A stretch of 45,075 nucleotides of DNA from contig JAGLSI010000002.1 of the NCBI GenBank assembly GCA_023135835.1, positions 1-45,075 of the forward strand, read 5' to 3'. The stretch is from Minisyncoccota bacterium (lineage in GTDB: Bacteria > Patescibacteriota > Minisyncoccia > Phycocordibacterales > UBA12079). A program made the translations under genes and the position numbers. Shown one piece after another: positions 7,838-16,839 of the stretch. Each line of letters opens with the position of its first letter. Positions within the stretch are counted from its first letter, which is position 1. The notes beneath the pieces were generated by a model, which had not been told where the DNA came from, did no database searches, and worked only from the letters and a program-made list of their open reading frames with translations.

Positions 7838-8572
7838 TTACTTTAATTCTCTATTTAACTTATCTTCATTATAATCATCTTTTACATAGAAATCAACATT
7901 TTGAATATTTGGATAATACTTTTCAGTTTGATTTAAGAAATTTTTTATAACTAAATTAAGAATTACTTTTTCTTTATATTTTTGTTTTATCAAATTAACG
8001 TTTTCTCTAGATTTAAAAAATTGCTGAATAAAATTATTTTTTAATATATTTCTACCTTCTATTTTTTCCCTCTTTTTCGTATAATCCCAAGCAAGCAAAG
8101 GATCTTGATATAAATAAAATATAACAGGTTCTATATCTTTACTTAAACATCTCATTATATTTTTCTCTATTGTCTTAAATTCCCCGCCCATTGTAACATC
8201 TAGAATAAATAAAACTTTTTTCTTAAAACAATAATCTAATAAAATCTCAATCCCTTTAGTAGCTGCTTCTTGTAAAAATTGAGCATTCCCATGAATATTT
8301 TTCTCAATATTAGTTGGTGTATAAAATTCTTTTAAAAACTCAGTTCTTATTGTATCAGCGTCAATGTGTAAAGGCTTAATTGTATCTTTATCTTCAATAA
8401 TTCTTAATTTTTTTACAAATTCAGTTTTACCAGCACCAGGAGATCCTGCCATAAAAAAATTAGTTTTTGTTTCAAAAACATTCGTTTCTGATTGTGTAAA
8501 AAAATCTAAAAGATCTTTTTTATGACTTTTTATATAAGAGAGTGATTCTTTTTGTATTTTATTTTCATCCAT
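7838..8572 (-). CDS. Zeta-toxin-like P-loop kinase
   Basis: Walker A is MAGSPGAGKTEF, followed by HIDADTIRTEF and FILDVTMGG. This spacing resembles zeta toxin/AAA_33 kinases. Confidence 0.55.
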   Translation of the reverse strand: MDENKIQKESLSYIKSHKKDLLDFFTQSETNVFETKTNFFMAGSPGAGKTEFVKKLRIIEDKDTIKPLHIDADTIRTEFLKEFYTPTNIEKNIHGNAQFLQEAATKGIEILLDYCFKKKVLFILDVTMGGEFKTIEKNIMRCLSKDIEPVIFYLYQDPLLAWDYTKKREKIEGRNILKNNFIQQFFKSRENVNLIKQKYKEKVILNLVIKNFLNQTEKYYPNIQNVDFYVKDDYNEDKLNRELK

Positions 8573-8599
8573 ATTATATATTTTAATTTAGACCTTTAG

Positions 8600-9022
8600 C
8601 TAGTCTTTACTTTCTGCAACTCGTATTTTATCTATTTTTTTCAAAACAAAAATATAAGCAACAAACCACCCTAATATATCCATAAGCAAATCAAGAATAG
8701 TATCAAATAAATATCCATGCCTTAGGGGAAAGGCAAAAACTAACTCAAAAAGCTCCCATAAAATCCCAACTCCTAGAACAAAAAACAAAGAAATTACTAA
8801 AAATGAATATTTTTGAATTATTTTTTCAAATTTTTGTTTAAAACGAGAAAAATAAAAAATATAATATCCTGTTAAAGCTACCCAGAAACCTCCTATAAAA
8901 TGCATCCAAATATCAGTCCACCAAAATCGCCAATATAGAAAATAAATTTGAGCAATAAAATCCATTAGAAAGATAAGCCAAATTAAAATAGTAATTATGA
9001 TTAAAAATTTCTTTTTCTGCAT
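8600..9022 (-). CDS. Small multi-pass membrane protein (possibly VanZ-like)
   Basis: 140 aa with about 4 hydrophobic helices. DIWMHFIGGF and DTILDLLMDILG are reminiscent of VanZ family motifs. Confidence 0.4.
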   Translation of the reverse strand: MQKKKFLIIITILIWLIFLMDFIAQIYFLYWRFWWTDIWMHFIGGFWVALTGYYIFYFSRFKQKFEKIIQKYSFLVISLFFVLGVGILWELFELVFAFPLRHGYLFDTILDLLMDILGWFVAYIFVLKKIDKIRVAESKD

Positions 9023-9077
9023 ACCCTATAAGTATAAATTAAAAACCCTAAATTAACAAAAATATCATTTAATTACT

Positions 9078-9100
9078 TTACAGCGCTCCAAGCGCTGTAA
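9078..9100. other. GC-rich perfect hairpin in divergent promoter region
   Basis: ttacagcgct cca agcgctgtaa forms a 10-bp stem with a 3-nt loop inside an otherwise very AT-rich intergenic region. Confidence 0.6.
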
Positions 9101-9247
9101 TCCTTTAATTGTAAAAATATGGATAAATTAGTATGATAGGTATTAAATACATGCCAGAATTAAAAAGAAAATATTAATCAAATTACAGTTTCATTATTTA
9201 TGTCATTAGTATATAATTCATATTATTCGTGACATTCGCCTATTAGT

Positions 9248-10063
9248 ATGTTAACTATAATCAAACCAAAAAAAACTTTCAATTGGAACGATTTCAGAGA
9301 AATCTGGCAATATAAAGAATTGTTATATTTCCTAACTTGGAGAGATATTAAAGTTCGTTATAAACAAACGGCTATTGGAATTTTATGGGCACTCTTCCAA
9401 CCTTTTATGACTATGGTGGTTTTCACTATATTTTTTGGAGGATTCGCAAAAATGCCATCTGACGGAATTCCCTACCCAATCTTTGTTTACTCAGGACTTT
9501 TATTTTGGCAATTTTTTTCCGCTTCTTTAACCGATGTTAGTAATTGTTTAATATCTAATAAAGGAATAATCACAAAAGTATATTTTCCCCGTATAATTTT
9601 GCCGATTTCTTCTACTGTTACAAAATTTGTTGATTTTTTTATTGCGTCTACTATTTTAGTTGGAATGATGATTTATTACCAATATACACCCAACTTAATT
9701 GGTCTTTTAATTATTCCACTACTTCTATTAATTACTTTCATGGCTTCTGTCGGCGGTGGTTTATTTCTAGCTTCTATTAATGTTAAGTACCGCGATGTTC
9801 GTTATGTATTACCTTTCTTTATTTCAATGATGATGTTTATAACTCCGGTAATTTATCCAGCCAGTATTGTGGGAAAATATTCATGGCTTTTAGCTTTAAA
9901 TCCTATGACTGGAGTAATCAAAGCCTCTCGTGCCGCTCTTTTGGGGAACGCTCCAATAAATTGGGAGCTTCTTGCGATCTCAGGAATAGCTTGCTTAATA
10001 CTATTATTAGTCGGCTTTTACTTCTTCAAAAAAACCGAACGTTATTTTGCAGATATAGTATAG
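9248..10063 (+). CDS. wzm: ABC-2 type polysaccharide/teichoic-acid export permease (Wzm/TagG-like)
   Basis: 271 aa with 6 predicted TM segments. The N-terminus WQYKELLYFLTWRDIKVRYKQTAIGILWA is the characteristic ABC-2 permease signature. Confidence 0.85.
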   Translation: MLTIIKPKKTFNWNDFREIWQYKELLYFLTWRDIKVRYKQTAIGILWALFQPFMTMVVFTIFFGGFAKMPSDGIPYPIFVYSGLLFWQFFSASLTDVSNCLISNKGIITKVYFPRIILPISSTVTKFVDFFIASTILVGMMIYYQYTPNLIGLLIIPLLLLITFMASVGGGLFLASINVKYRDVRYVLPFFISMMMFITPVIYPASIVGKYSWLLALNPMTGVIKASRAALLGNAPINWELLAISGIACLILLLVGFYFFKKTERYFADIV

Positions 10064-10099
10064 AAGTAAATATACAAATAATACGAATGCAACAAATGA
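10059..10099. repeat. Gene-junction repeat, empty-site copy (tatagaagtaaatatacaaataatacgaatgcaacaaatga)
   Basis: It is about 85% identical to 21776-21792 plus 21817-21840. It contains a dead-end ATG (MQQMKWIYKQKE stop) that mirrors the MQQ start of the GT2 gene at 21828. Confidence 0.7.
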
Positions 10100-10116
10100 A
10101 ATGGATATACAAACAA

Positions 10117-10184
10117 AAAGAGTGAAATTGGTCAAACCAACCTCACTCTTTCTTGGAGAACTCAATTTCTATGAGTTCTCCAAG
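10117..10184. terminator. Two tandem hairpins between convergent wzm and the radical SAM gene
   Basis: Hairpin 1 is aaagagtga...tcactcttt (10117-10151). Hairpin 2 is a perfect 13-bp stem cttggagaactca / tgagttctccaag (10152-10184). Confidence 0.65.
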
Positions 10185-10206
10185 ACAGTAAAAATAACAT
10201 AAAAAA

Positions 10207-11532
10207 CTAACCTTTTTTAGAAACCAGATTATATTTATCTGCAAATTCCATAAATTCAATAATTTTCTCACGAGAAACATCTCCTGCTATAACCTTTAAA
10301 CTATGATGATTTGCTTCTTCAATTGCATGATCTCTCCCTTCTCTGTCTTTTAAAAAACTGACTCTGGAAAAATCAATACTATTTTTATAAAATCCTGTTC
10401 CAATGTAAGGAGTATAAATCGCAGCGCTAACATAAGTTGGTTTGATTTCATCAATAAACCTCATAGTAGCATCAGCATCTATGGAAGTTTCACCAGGGAC
10501 TCCAACCATTACATAAGCCATCCAGGGTACAGAAAAGCTATTAAGCAATTTTGCAGCATTTCTTGCTTGATCAAGATTTGTTCTTTTGTTCATCAAGTCT
10601 AGCACCTTCTGGCTACCACTCTCAATCCCCAGTTTAATCATACAGCAACCAGACTCTACCATTTGTTTAAGAATTACTTCATTTAATCTATCTACCCTAG
10701 TCAAACAACCCCATTCATATCCTTTATCACGAATACCTTTGGTAAATTCCAAAACTCTTTTTTTGTTTAGAGTAAAAGTATCATCAGTCAGATAAAATTT
10801 CTGAGTACCATATCTTCTGTTAGTATCATCCATTTCAGCGATAACATCACTAATATTTCTGAACCTAACTCTCTTCCCCCAGAGTTTTTCTGAACAACAA
10901 AAATTACAAGATCCTGGACAACCCCTAGAAGTCATCATAAAGCCAAGGTCAGAAGGTTTATAGTTCTCAATTCCAATGAGACTTTCTCTCGCCATCCACG
11001 GCAATAAATCTAAGTTTTGGATTCTATTCGCCCTTATAATTCTAGTCTTGGGAGTACCATCAAAAACTTCCATCTGTTCTTCAGCTTCTCCAACAATAGC
11101 ATAATCAACAGGGCTACCTTCCTTTATTACATCACTTGGTCGAATTGTTACATGGGGACCTCCAGCAACAATTCTTTTAACACCCATTTCTTTTGCGATT
11201 TGCGCCACTCGCAAACCACTTCTTAATTTAGTAGAGATAAAAGAAACACCAACCACATCTGGTTTTGACTCTTCAATTTGAGAAGAAATACTTTCCCAGA
11301 TAGAATGACTCCCATTATTTAAACTATTAAGATACTCATCATAATGACCAATCTTAGTCATAAAAGGATAAGGATTCCCCTTAGGGTTATAATCCGAATC
11401 AAGAACTTCAACTTCATGGCCCATTTTTTTCAACTTTCCAGCTAAAAATAATAGTCCAAGCGGAATTCCGGCCTTTGAAAAACCCATAAATTTTTGAAAG
11501 GGAGGATCTATAAGTAAAATCTTCTTTTTCAT
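10207..11532 (-). CDS. B12-binding-domain radical SAM protein (class B-like)
   Basis: The N-terminal Rossmann-like part has KKILLIDPP...GHEVEVLD. The CxxxCxxC cluster is MTSRGCPGSCNFCCS. An AGGAG Shine-Dalgarno sequence lies 7 nt upstream. Confidence 0.8.
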   Translation of the reverse strand: MKKKILLIDPPFQKFMGFSKAGIPLGLLFLAGKLKKMGHEVEVLDSDYNPKGNPYPFMTKIGHYDEYLNSLNNGSHSIWESISSQIEESKPDVVGVSFISTKLRSGLRVAQIAKEMGVKRIVAGGPHVTIRPSDVIKEGSPVDYAIVGEAEEQMEVFDGTPKTRIIRANRIQNLDLLPWMARESLIGIENYKPSDLGFMMTSRGCPGSCNFCCSEKLWGKRVRFRNISDVIAEMDDTNRRYGTQKFYLTDDTFTLNKKRVLEFTKGIRDKGYEWGCLTRVDRLNEVILKQMVESGCCMIKLGIESGSQKVLDLMNKRTNLDQARNAAKLLNSFSVPWMAYVMVGVPGETSIDADATMRFIDEIKPTYVSAAIYTPYIGTGFYKNSIDFSRVSFLKDREGRDHAIEEANHHSLKVIAGDVSREKIIEFMEFADKYNLVSKKG

Positions 11533-11801
11533 TTTTTTCTCCTTTTTTTGGATTTATTTTTTTTAATTTTTAACTGTCAAAAAATAAAAACAATCTTTTT
11601 AATCATTTATATTTTAACTTTTCTACAATACTTTTATCATAAAACTAGACAAAAAACAACGAGTTAAATTAACATTTCAAGTGCAATATATCCGTAGTAT
11701 AGATAGTCTGTGACCAACTAACCATACTCTAGGATTTCAGGCGCGAATAGTTTATTTTCATCACAATATAGTGTAAACTATAATTTTATAGACTATACAT
11801 T

Positions 11802-13076
11802 ATGAAACCAATAATAAGCGCTAAGAACATCTCAAAAAAATACAACATCACTCATGAACAAGGAGGTTATATTGCTATGCGTGATGTATTAACCAACATA
11901 GCCAAAAAACCTTTTGCTTTTTTAAAAAAGAAAGTTGGTAAAATTACTGGGAGAACTACTAATGAAGTTTTTTGGGCATTAAAAGATATTAATTTTGAGG
12001 TGCAAAAAGGCGAAGCAATTGGAATAATCGGAGCCAACGGAGCGGGAAAATCTACCCTACTTAAAATTCTTACGGGAATTACTCCACCAACAACAGGCGA
12101 AATTAAAATGCACGGGAAAGTGGCTTCCCTTCTTGAAGTTGGAACAGGTTTTCACTCCGAGTTAACTGGACGAGAAAATATTTTTCTCAATGGAGCAATA
12201 CTAGGAATGACAAAAAAAGAAATAGCTGATAAATTTGATGCTATCGTAGAATTCTCAGGAGTTAGAAAATTTATTGATACTCCTGTTAAAAGATATTCTT
12301 CAGGGATGTTAGTTCGTCTTGGTTTTTCAGTTGCCGCTCATATGGAACCTGACATACTTTTAGTAGATGAAGTTCTGGCTGTTGGAGATGCAGAATTCCA
12401 AAAAAAATGCCTCGGCAAAATGGATGAGGTGACTACAAAAGGTGGACGAACAATTCTATTTGTTAGTCATAATCTAATTGCTGTCCAAAAACTCTGCAAA
12501 AGATGTATTCTTCTTGAAGAAGGTAAAATAAAAATGATCGGAGAGACAAAAGAAATCATAAGTAAATATTTAGAAAAAAATACCAACACTAAAGAAATTA
12601 ATAATCTGGGGGCGGATAAAGACAAAGAAATTGCTTTCACAAAAGTTTGGGTTACAAACGATAATGAAGAAATTATAGATAATATAAATGTAAATGAAAA
12701 ATTCAAAATTTGGTTAAAATTTGATGTAAACAAAGATATAAACACAGCAGAAATTAGTATCTTTTTAAAAAACTTAGCTGGGGTAAATATAACTTTTACC
12801 AACTTATCAGATTCTTTTAATAAAAAGTTTCTGACTCTAAAAAAAGGACATTACACAACATCTACCTTAATAAATGAAAACTTTTTAATCCCGGATGATT
12901 ATTTAGTAGGAATATCAGCCCACATAAGAGGTGTCAGAAACATTGATTTACACGACAATATTATGCGCTTTACAATAATAGAAAATGGTTCAACAATGGC
13001 TCCATACAGAAGTATGGCAAACCAATTAAGTTGTGTATTCAGTAATGCTAAGTGGGAGATATGCCCTACTAAATAA
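11802..13076 (+). CDS. wzt: Polysaccharide ABC exporter ATPase (Wzt/TagH-like) with about 160-aa C-terminal extension
   Basis: Walker A is GANGAGKST, the signature is YSSGMLVRLGFS and Walker B is ILLVDEVLAVGD. Residues from about 265 to 424 are an extra beta-rich domain. Confidence 0.85.
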   Translation: MKPIISAKNISKKYNITHEQGGYIAMRDVLTNIAKKPFAFLKKKVGKITGRTTNEVFWALKDINFEVQKGEAIGIIGANGAGKSTLLKILTGITPPTTGEIKMHGKVASLLEVGTGFHSELTGRENIFLNGAILGMTKKEIADKFDAIVEFSGVRKFIDTPVKRYSSGMLVRLGFSVAAHMEPDILLVDEVLAVGDAEFQKKCLGKMDEVTTKGGRTILFVSHNLIAVQKLCKRCILLEEGKIKMIGETKEIISKYLEKNTNTKEINNLGADKDKEIAFTKVWVTNDNEEIIDNINVNEKFKIWLKFDVNKDINTAEISIFLKNLAGVNITFTNLSDSFNKKFLTLKKGHYTTSTLINENFLIPDDYLVGISAHIRGVRNIDLHDNIMRFTIIENGSTMAPYRSMANQLSCVFSNAKWEICPTK

Positions 13077-13108
13077 AATTATATTAAAAAAATTATTATT
13101 TCAATTTT

Positions 13109-13882
13109 ATGAAAAAAGATATTACTGAATTAAAAAAAATTATTGTTAAATCTTCACATGAATCTAAAGAAGGTCACATTCCAAGCACTCTTTCAATCTT
13201 AGACATTCTTTGGGTTCTTTATAATAAAATAATTAAAATAAATCCGAATAAACCTAAAGATATTTACCGAGATATCTTTATATTAAGTAAGGGGCATGCT
13301 TCTTTAGGACTTTATTCTATTTTGGCTAATAAAAACTTTTTTTCTTTTTCAGAATTCAAAAACTTTGGAAAATTTGGAAGTATCTTAGGAGGACACCCTG
13401 ACCGAAATAAAATTCCTGGAATAGAAGCATCTACAGGATCATTGGGTCATGGACTACCTCTTGCTATAGGGATAGCCTTGGGTTTAAAAATTAAAAAATT
13501 AAAAAATAAAGTTTTTGTAATTATAGGTGACGGTGAATGTAACGAAGGAACAATTTGGGAATCATCATTACTCGCCTCACACCATAATCTATCTAATTTA
13601 ACCTGTATAATAGACCACAACCATTCAACAGATAGAGCTTTAAAAATAGACAATTTATCTACTAAATTCAAATCATTCGGTTGGGAAACTATAACTATTA
13701 ACGGACATAATCACGAAGAAATTTATAATGCTCTTTCTCAAAAACACAACAAAAAGCCAATGATGATTATAGCAGAAACAATTAAAGGAAATGGTATTAA
13801 AATTATGGAAAATAATCCTGAATGGCATCACAAATCACCAAACTCAGATGAATTAAAATTAATTTTGGAAAAAATTACTTAA
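13109..13882 (+). CDS. Transketolase, N-terminal (TPP-binding) subunit
   Basis: SKGHASLGLY and the GDGECNEGTIWES TPP motif in a 257-aa split-type subunit. Confidence 0.85.
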   Translation: MKKDITELKKIIVKSSHESKEGHIPSTLSILDILWVLYNKIIKINPNKPKDIYRDIFILSKGHASLGLYSILANKNFFSFSEFKNFGKFGSILGGHPDRNKIPGIEASTGSLGHGLPLAIGIALGLKIKKLKNKVFVIIGDGECNEGTIWESSLLASHHNLSNLTCIIDHNHSTDRALKIDNLSTKFKSFGWETITINGHNHEEIYNALSQKHNKKPMMIIAETIKGNGIKIMENNPEWHHKSPNSDELKLILEKIT

Positions 13883-13886
13883 AAAA

Positions 13887-14768
13887 ATGAGAAAACAATT
13901 TGTAAAAACTGTAGAAAATATTCTAGAAAACAACAAAGACGTAATTTTATTATTAGGAGATATTGGTATATTCAATTTCAGAAAATCTTTCAAAGATTTT
14001 CCTGATCGTGTTTATAATATTGGAATTTTAGAACAATCCACTATAGGAATGGCAGCCGGACTAGCAACATGTAACTTAATTCCTATTGTGCATACCATTG
14101 CTCCTTTTTTGATAGAAAGAAGCTTGGAACAACTAAAATTAGATTTCTGCTACCAAAAACTAGGTGGCAATTTCGTTAGTGTCGGAGCTTCTTATGACTA
14201 TGCCGCCTTGGGATGTTCTCACCACTGTCCAGGAGACATAGGAGAATTAATGAATTTACCAGAAATGGAAATAATTATTCCTGGAACAGCAAAAGAGTTT
14301 GATATTCTTTTTAATCAATCATATGATAATGGACACCCTACTTACTATAGACTAAGTGAAAATTCAAATAATTTTGATTTCCCTGTAAAATTTGGAAAAG
14401 CAAAAATAATCAAAAAAGGCAAAAAAGCAACAATAATAGCAGTGGGTCCTTTACTAGATAAGGTTATTGAGGCTTGTAAGAATTTAGATGTTACTATTTT
14501 ATACTACACAACTATATATCCTTTTGATAAAAATACTTTGAAAAACAATTGTGAATCTGGTAAAATTTTTCTTTGTGAACCTTACTATGAAGGACAACTT
14601 GTAGCAGAAATTATCAAAACATTAAAACCCAAACCAATCACCATAGATTTTATAGGTGTTCCATGTAAATTTTTAAGAAAATATGGAACAGCAAAAGAAC
14701 ATGACAAATCAATCAATTTAACAATTAAAAACATTGAAACAAGGATAAAAAAATTAATTTATGGATAA
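13887..14768 (+). CDS. Transketolase, C-terminal (pyrimidine-binding) subunit
   Basis: FNIGILEQSTIGMAAGLA...HTIAPF fits the transketolase Pyr domain. It begins 4 nt after the N-terminal subunit. Confidence 0.85.
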   Translation: MRKQFVKTVENILENNKDVILLLGDIGIFNFRKSFKDFPDRVYNIGILEQSTIGMAAGLATCNLIPIVHTIAPFLIERSLEQLKLDFCYQKLGGNFVSVGASYDYAALGCSHHCPGDIGELMNLPEMEIIIPGTAKEFDILFNQSYDNGHPTYYRLSENSNNFDFPVKFGKAKIIKKGKKATIIAVGPLLDKVIEACKNLDVTILYYTTIYPFDKNTLKNNCESGKIFLCEPYYEGQLVAEIIKTLKPKPITIDFIGVPCKFLRKYGTAKEHDKSINLTIKNIETRIKKLIYG

Positions 14769-15789
14769 ACTCACAAAAATAATAGAAAATGACGCAAAAG
14801 ATACATGTAAAAAAATTGATTTTACAGAATTATTAGGTAAATCAATCATGATAACAGGAGCCTCTGGATTAATTGGAACTTATTTTTTAGCTTGTTTAAA
14901 AATTTTAAATGATAAAAACCCCGGAAAAATAAAAGTGATTGCTGTTATGCAAAATGAGTCTTCTGACCATTTAAAAAGCTTCTTAAATTTTAATAATGCT
15001 GATATATATAAAGGTGATTTAACAAATATTGATTTTTGCAAAGAATTACCCTCTGCGGATTATATTATTCATGCTGCAGGATATGGGCAACCAGGATTAT
15101 TTATGAAAGACCCAGTTAAAACTTTAAAACTTAATACTCTAACCACATATAATTTGTTTGAAAAACTATCTATTAACGGAAAGTTTTTATTTGTAAGTTC
15201 AAGTGAAGTATATAGTGGATCACCTAATCTACCTTATAAAGAAACTGACATTGGAACAACAAATACCACTCATCCTAGATCTTGTTATATAGAAGCAAAA
15301 CGATGTGGAGAAGCTATTTGTAAGGCTTATTACAATTTAGGAATTGAAGCTAAATCAGCAAGATTGTCATTAGCTTACGGTCCTGGTACTAAAAAAAATG
15401 ATTCCCGAGTCATTAATTCTTTTATTAAAAAAGCTATTGATGGTAAAATAGAATTACTAGATGAAGGGAAAGCTAAAAGAACTTACTGTTATGTCTCAGA
15501 CGCCATAGAAATTATGTGGGGAATCTTATTTTCAGGAAAAGATCCAATTTATAATGTAGGGGGTAAGTCAAAAACTACTATAGGTGAACTTGCAAAAAAA
15601 ATAGGGTTTATATTAAATGTCCCTGTGATTTTCCCAAAAAGTTCTACAAACACTATACAAGGGGCTCCTGAAGACGTTTTTTTAGATATGTCAAAAATAG
15701 AAAAAGAATTTCACAAAAATAAATACATTCCTTTAGATAAAGGACTCAAAAAAACGATTAATTGGCAATTAGAATTATATAATAATTAA
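14761..15789 (+). CDS. NAD-dependent sugar-nucleotide epimerase/dehydratase (extended SDR)
   Basis: ITGASGLIGTY glycine-rich loop and YIEAKRCGE (YxxxK). It overlaps the upstream gene by 8 nt. Confidence 0.8.
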   Translation: MDKLTKIIENDAKDTCKKIDFTELLGKSIMITGASGLIGTYFLACLKILNDKNPGKIKVIAVMQNESSDHLKSFLNFNNADIYKGDLTNIDFCKELPSADYIIHAAGYGQPGLFMKDPVKTLKLNTLTTYNLFEKLSINGKFLFVSSSEVYSGSPNLPYKETDIGTTNTTHPRSCYIEAKRCGEAICKAYYNLGIEAKSARLSLAYGPGTKKNDSRVINSFIKKAIDGKIELLDEGKAKRTYCYVSDAIEIMWGILFSGKDPIYNVGGKSKTTIGELAKKIGFILNVPVIFPKSSTNTIQGAPEDVFLDMSKIEKEFHKNKYIPLDKGLKKTINWQLELYNN

Positions 15790-15801
15790 AATAATAAAAT
15801 T

Positions 15802-16824
15802 ATGAAATACAAATTTTTTATAACAGGAGGGCTGGGATATATTGGGTCTATGTTTGCTAAAAAAGCTCTTCAAAAAGGGCATGATGTGTTGATGTATGAT
15901 TCTCTTATTTATGAACAAAATCACAAAAAAATTCTAGATGAAATTTTAAACACTAAACAAATTGACGCTAAAGGGAAATTCATAATGGGGGATATAAGAA
16001 ATACCGAATTATTAAACAAATCTATTAAAGATTTTAACCCCAATTATGTTTTACATTTTAGTGAATTAAGTAGTGTATATGCTTGTGAACATAATCCACA
16101 ATATACAGAAGATATTAATTATACTGCATCAAAAAAAGTAATTGATATTTGTGAACAATTAAATATTCCTGTAATTTATAATTCTTCTTCTAGTTTATAT
16201 GGGAACCAAAAAGAAATAAAATTAATGACAGAAAAAGATCCTCTTCCCGAGCCAACAGATAAATATTGTCTGTATAAATTAAAGATGGAAAATTATATAA
16301 AAGATAAGGTCAAAAAAAGTCCTAATTTCAAAATCATTATATTTAGACCAGCCACTGTTTGTGGCGTAGCTCCAAGAATGAGGTTGTCATTACTTCCTAA
16401 TCATTTTACTTACTGTGCCATCGCGAAAGGAGTCCTAAGAATATCTGAATTAGATGCGTATAGAGCTGCTATTGATGTCAGAGATCTTGTTGATGGGTAT
16501 TTCCATACAATTGAAAAACCTATCTGGAATAATTTAATCTATAATATAGGACATTATAATCTATCCAAAAAACAATTTGGTGAAGGAATACAAGAAGTCG
16601 TTAATTGTAAAATTTCTCCAATGAAAGACATAGGAGACTTACGAAACTTGCAAATAGATTGTTCTCTTTTTAATGATGAATTTGGTTTTAAACCATCAAT
16701 AACCTACAAAACCACAATAGAAAATGTGTCTGAATGGATAGAGAATAATTTATTGGAAATCGAAAAAACAAATTATGCTGGAATAATTAACATATCATTA
16801 GATAATTGGCTTAAAATTATTTAA
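15802..16824 (+). CDS. NAD-dependent sugar-nucleotide epimerase/dehydratase (extended SDR)
   Basis: ITGGLGYIGSMF and YCLYKLKME (YxxxK). Confidence 0.75.
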   Translation: MKYKFFITGGLGYIGSMFAKKALQKGHDVLMYDSLIYEQNHKKILDEILNTKQIDAKGKFIMGDIRNTELLNKSIKDFNPNYVLHFSELSSVYACEHNPQYTEDINYTASKKVIDICEQLNIPVIYNSSSSLYGNQKEIKLMTEKDPLPEPTDKYCLYKLKMENYIKDKVKKSPNFKIIIFRPATVCGVAPRMRLSLLPNHFTYCAIAKGVLRISELDAYRAAIDVRDLVDGYFHTIEKPIWNNLIYNIGHYNLSKKQFGEGIQEVVNCKISPMKDIGDLRNLQIDCSLFNDEFGFKPSITYKTTIENVSEWIENNLLEIEKTNYAGIINISLDNWLKII

Positions 16825-16839
16825 CTTCAAACTATCTCT

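Noticed and set aside
7838-8572. Calling the zeta-like kinase a bona fide type II toxin.
   Set aside because: No epsilon-like antitoxin gene precedes it, and the similarity rests on P-loop kinase motifs that housekeeping kinases share. It is reported only as zeta-toxin-like with moderate confidence.
11533-11801. The 270-nt spacer upstream of wzt as a possible riboswitch or small RNA. It contains short inverted repeats such as tatagtgtaaactata.
   Set aside because: I could not fold a convincing conserved structure or recognise any known riboswitch core by eye. It is more likely just an AT-rich promoter region.
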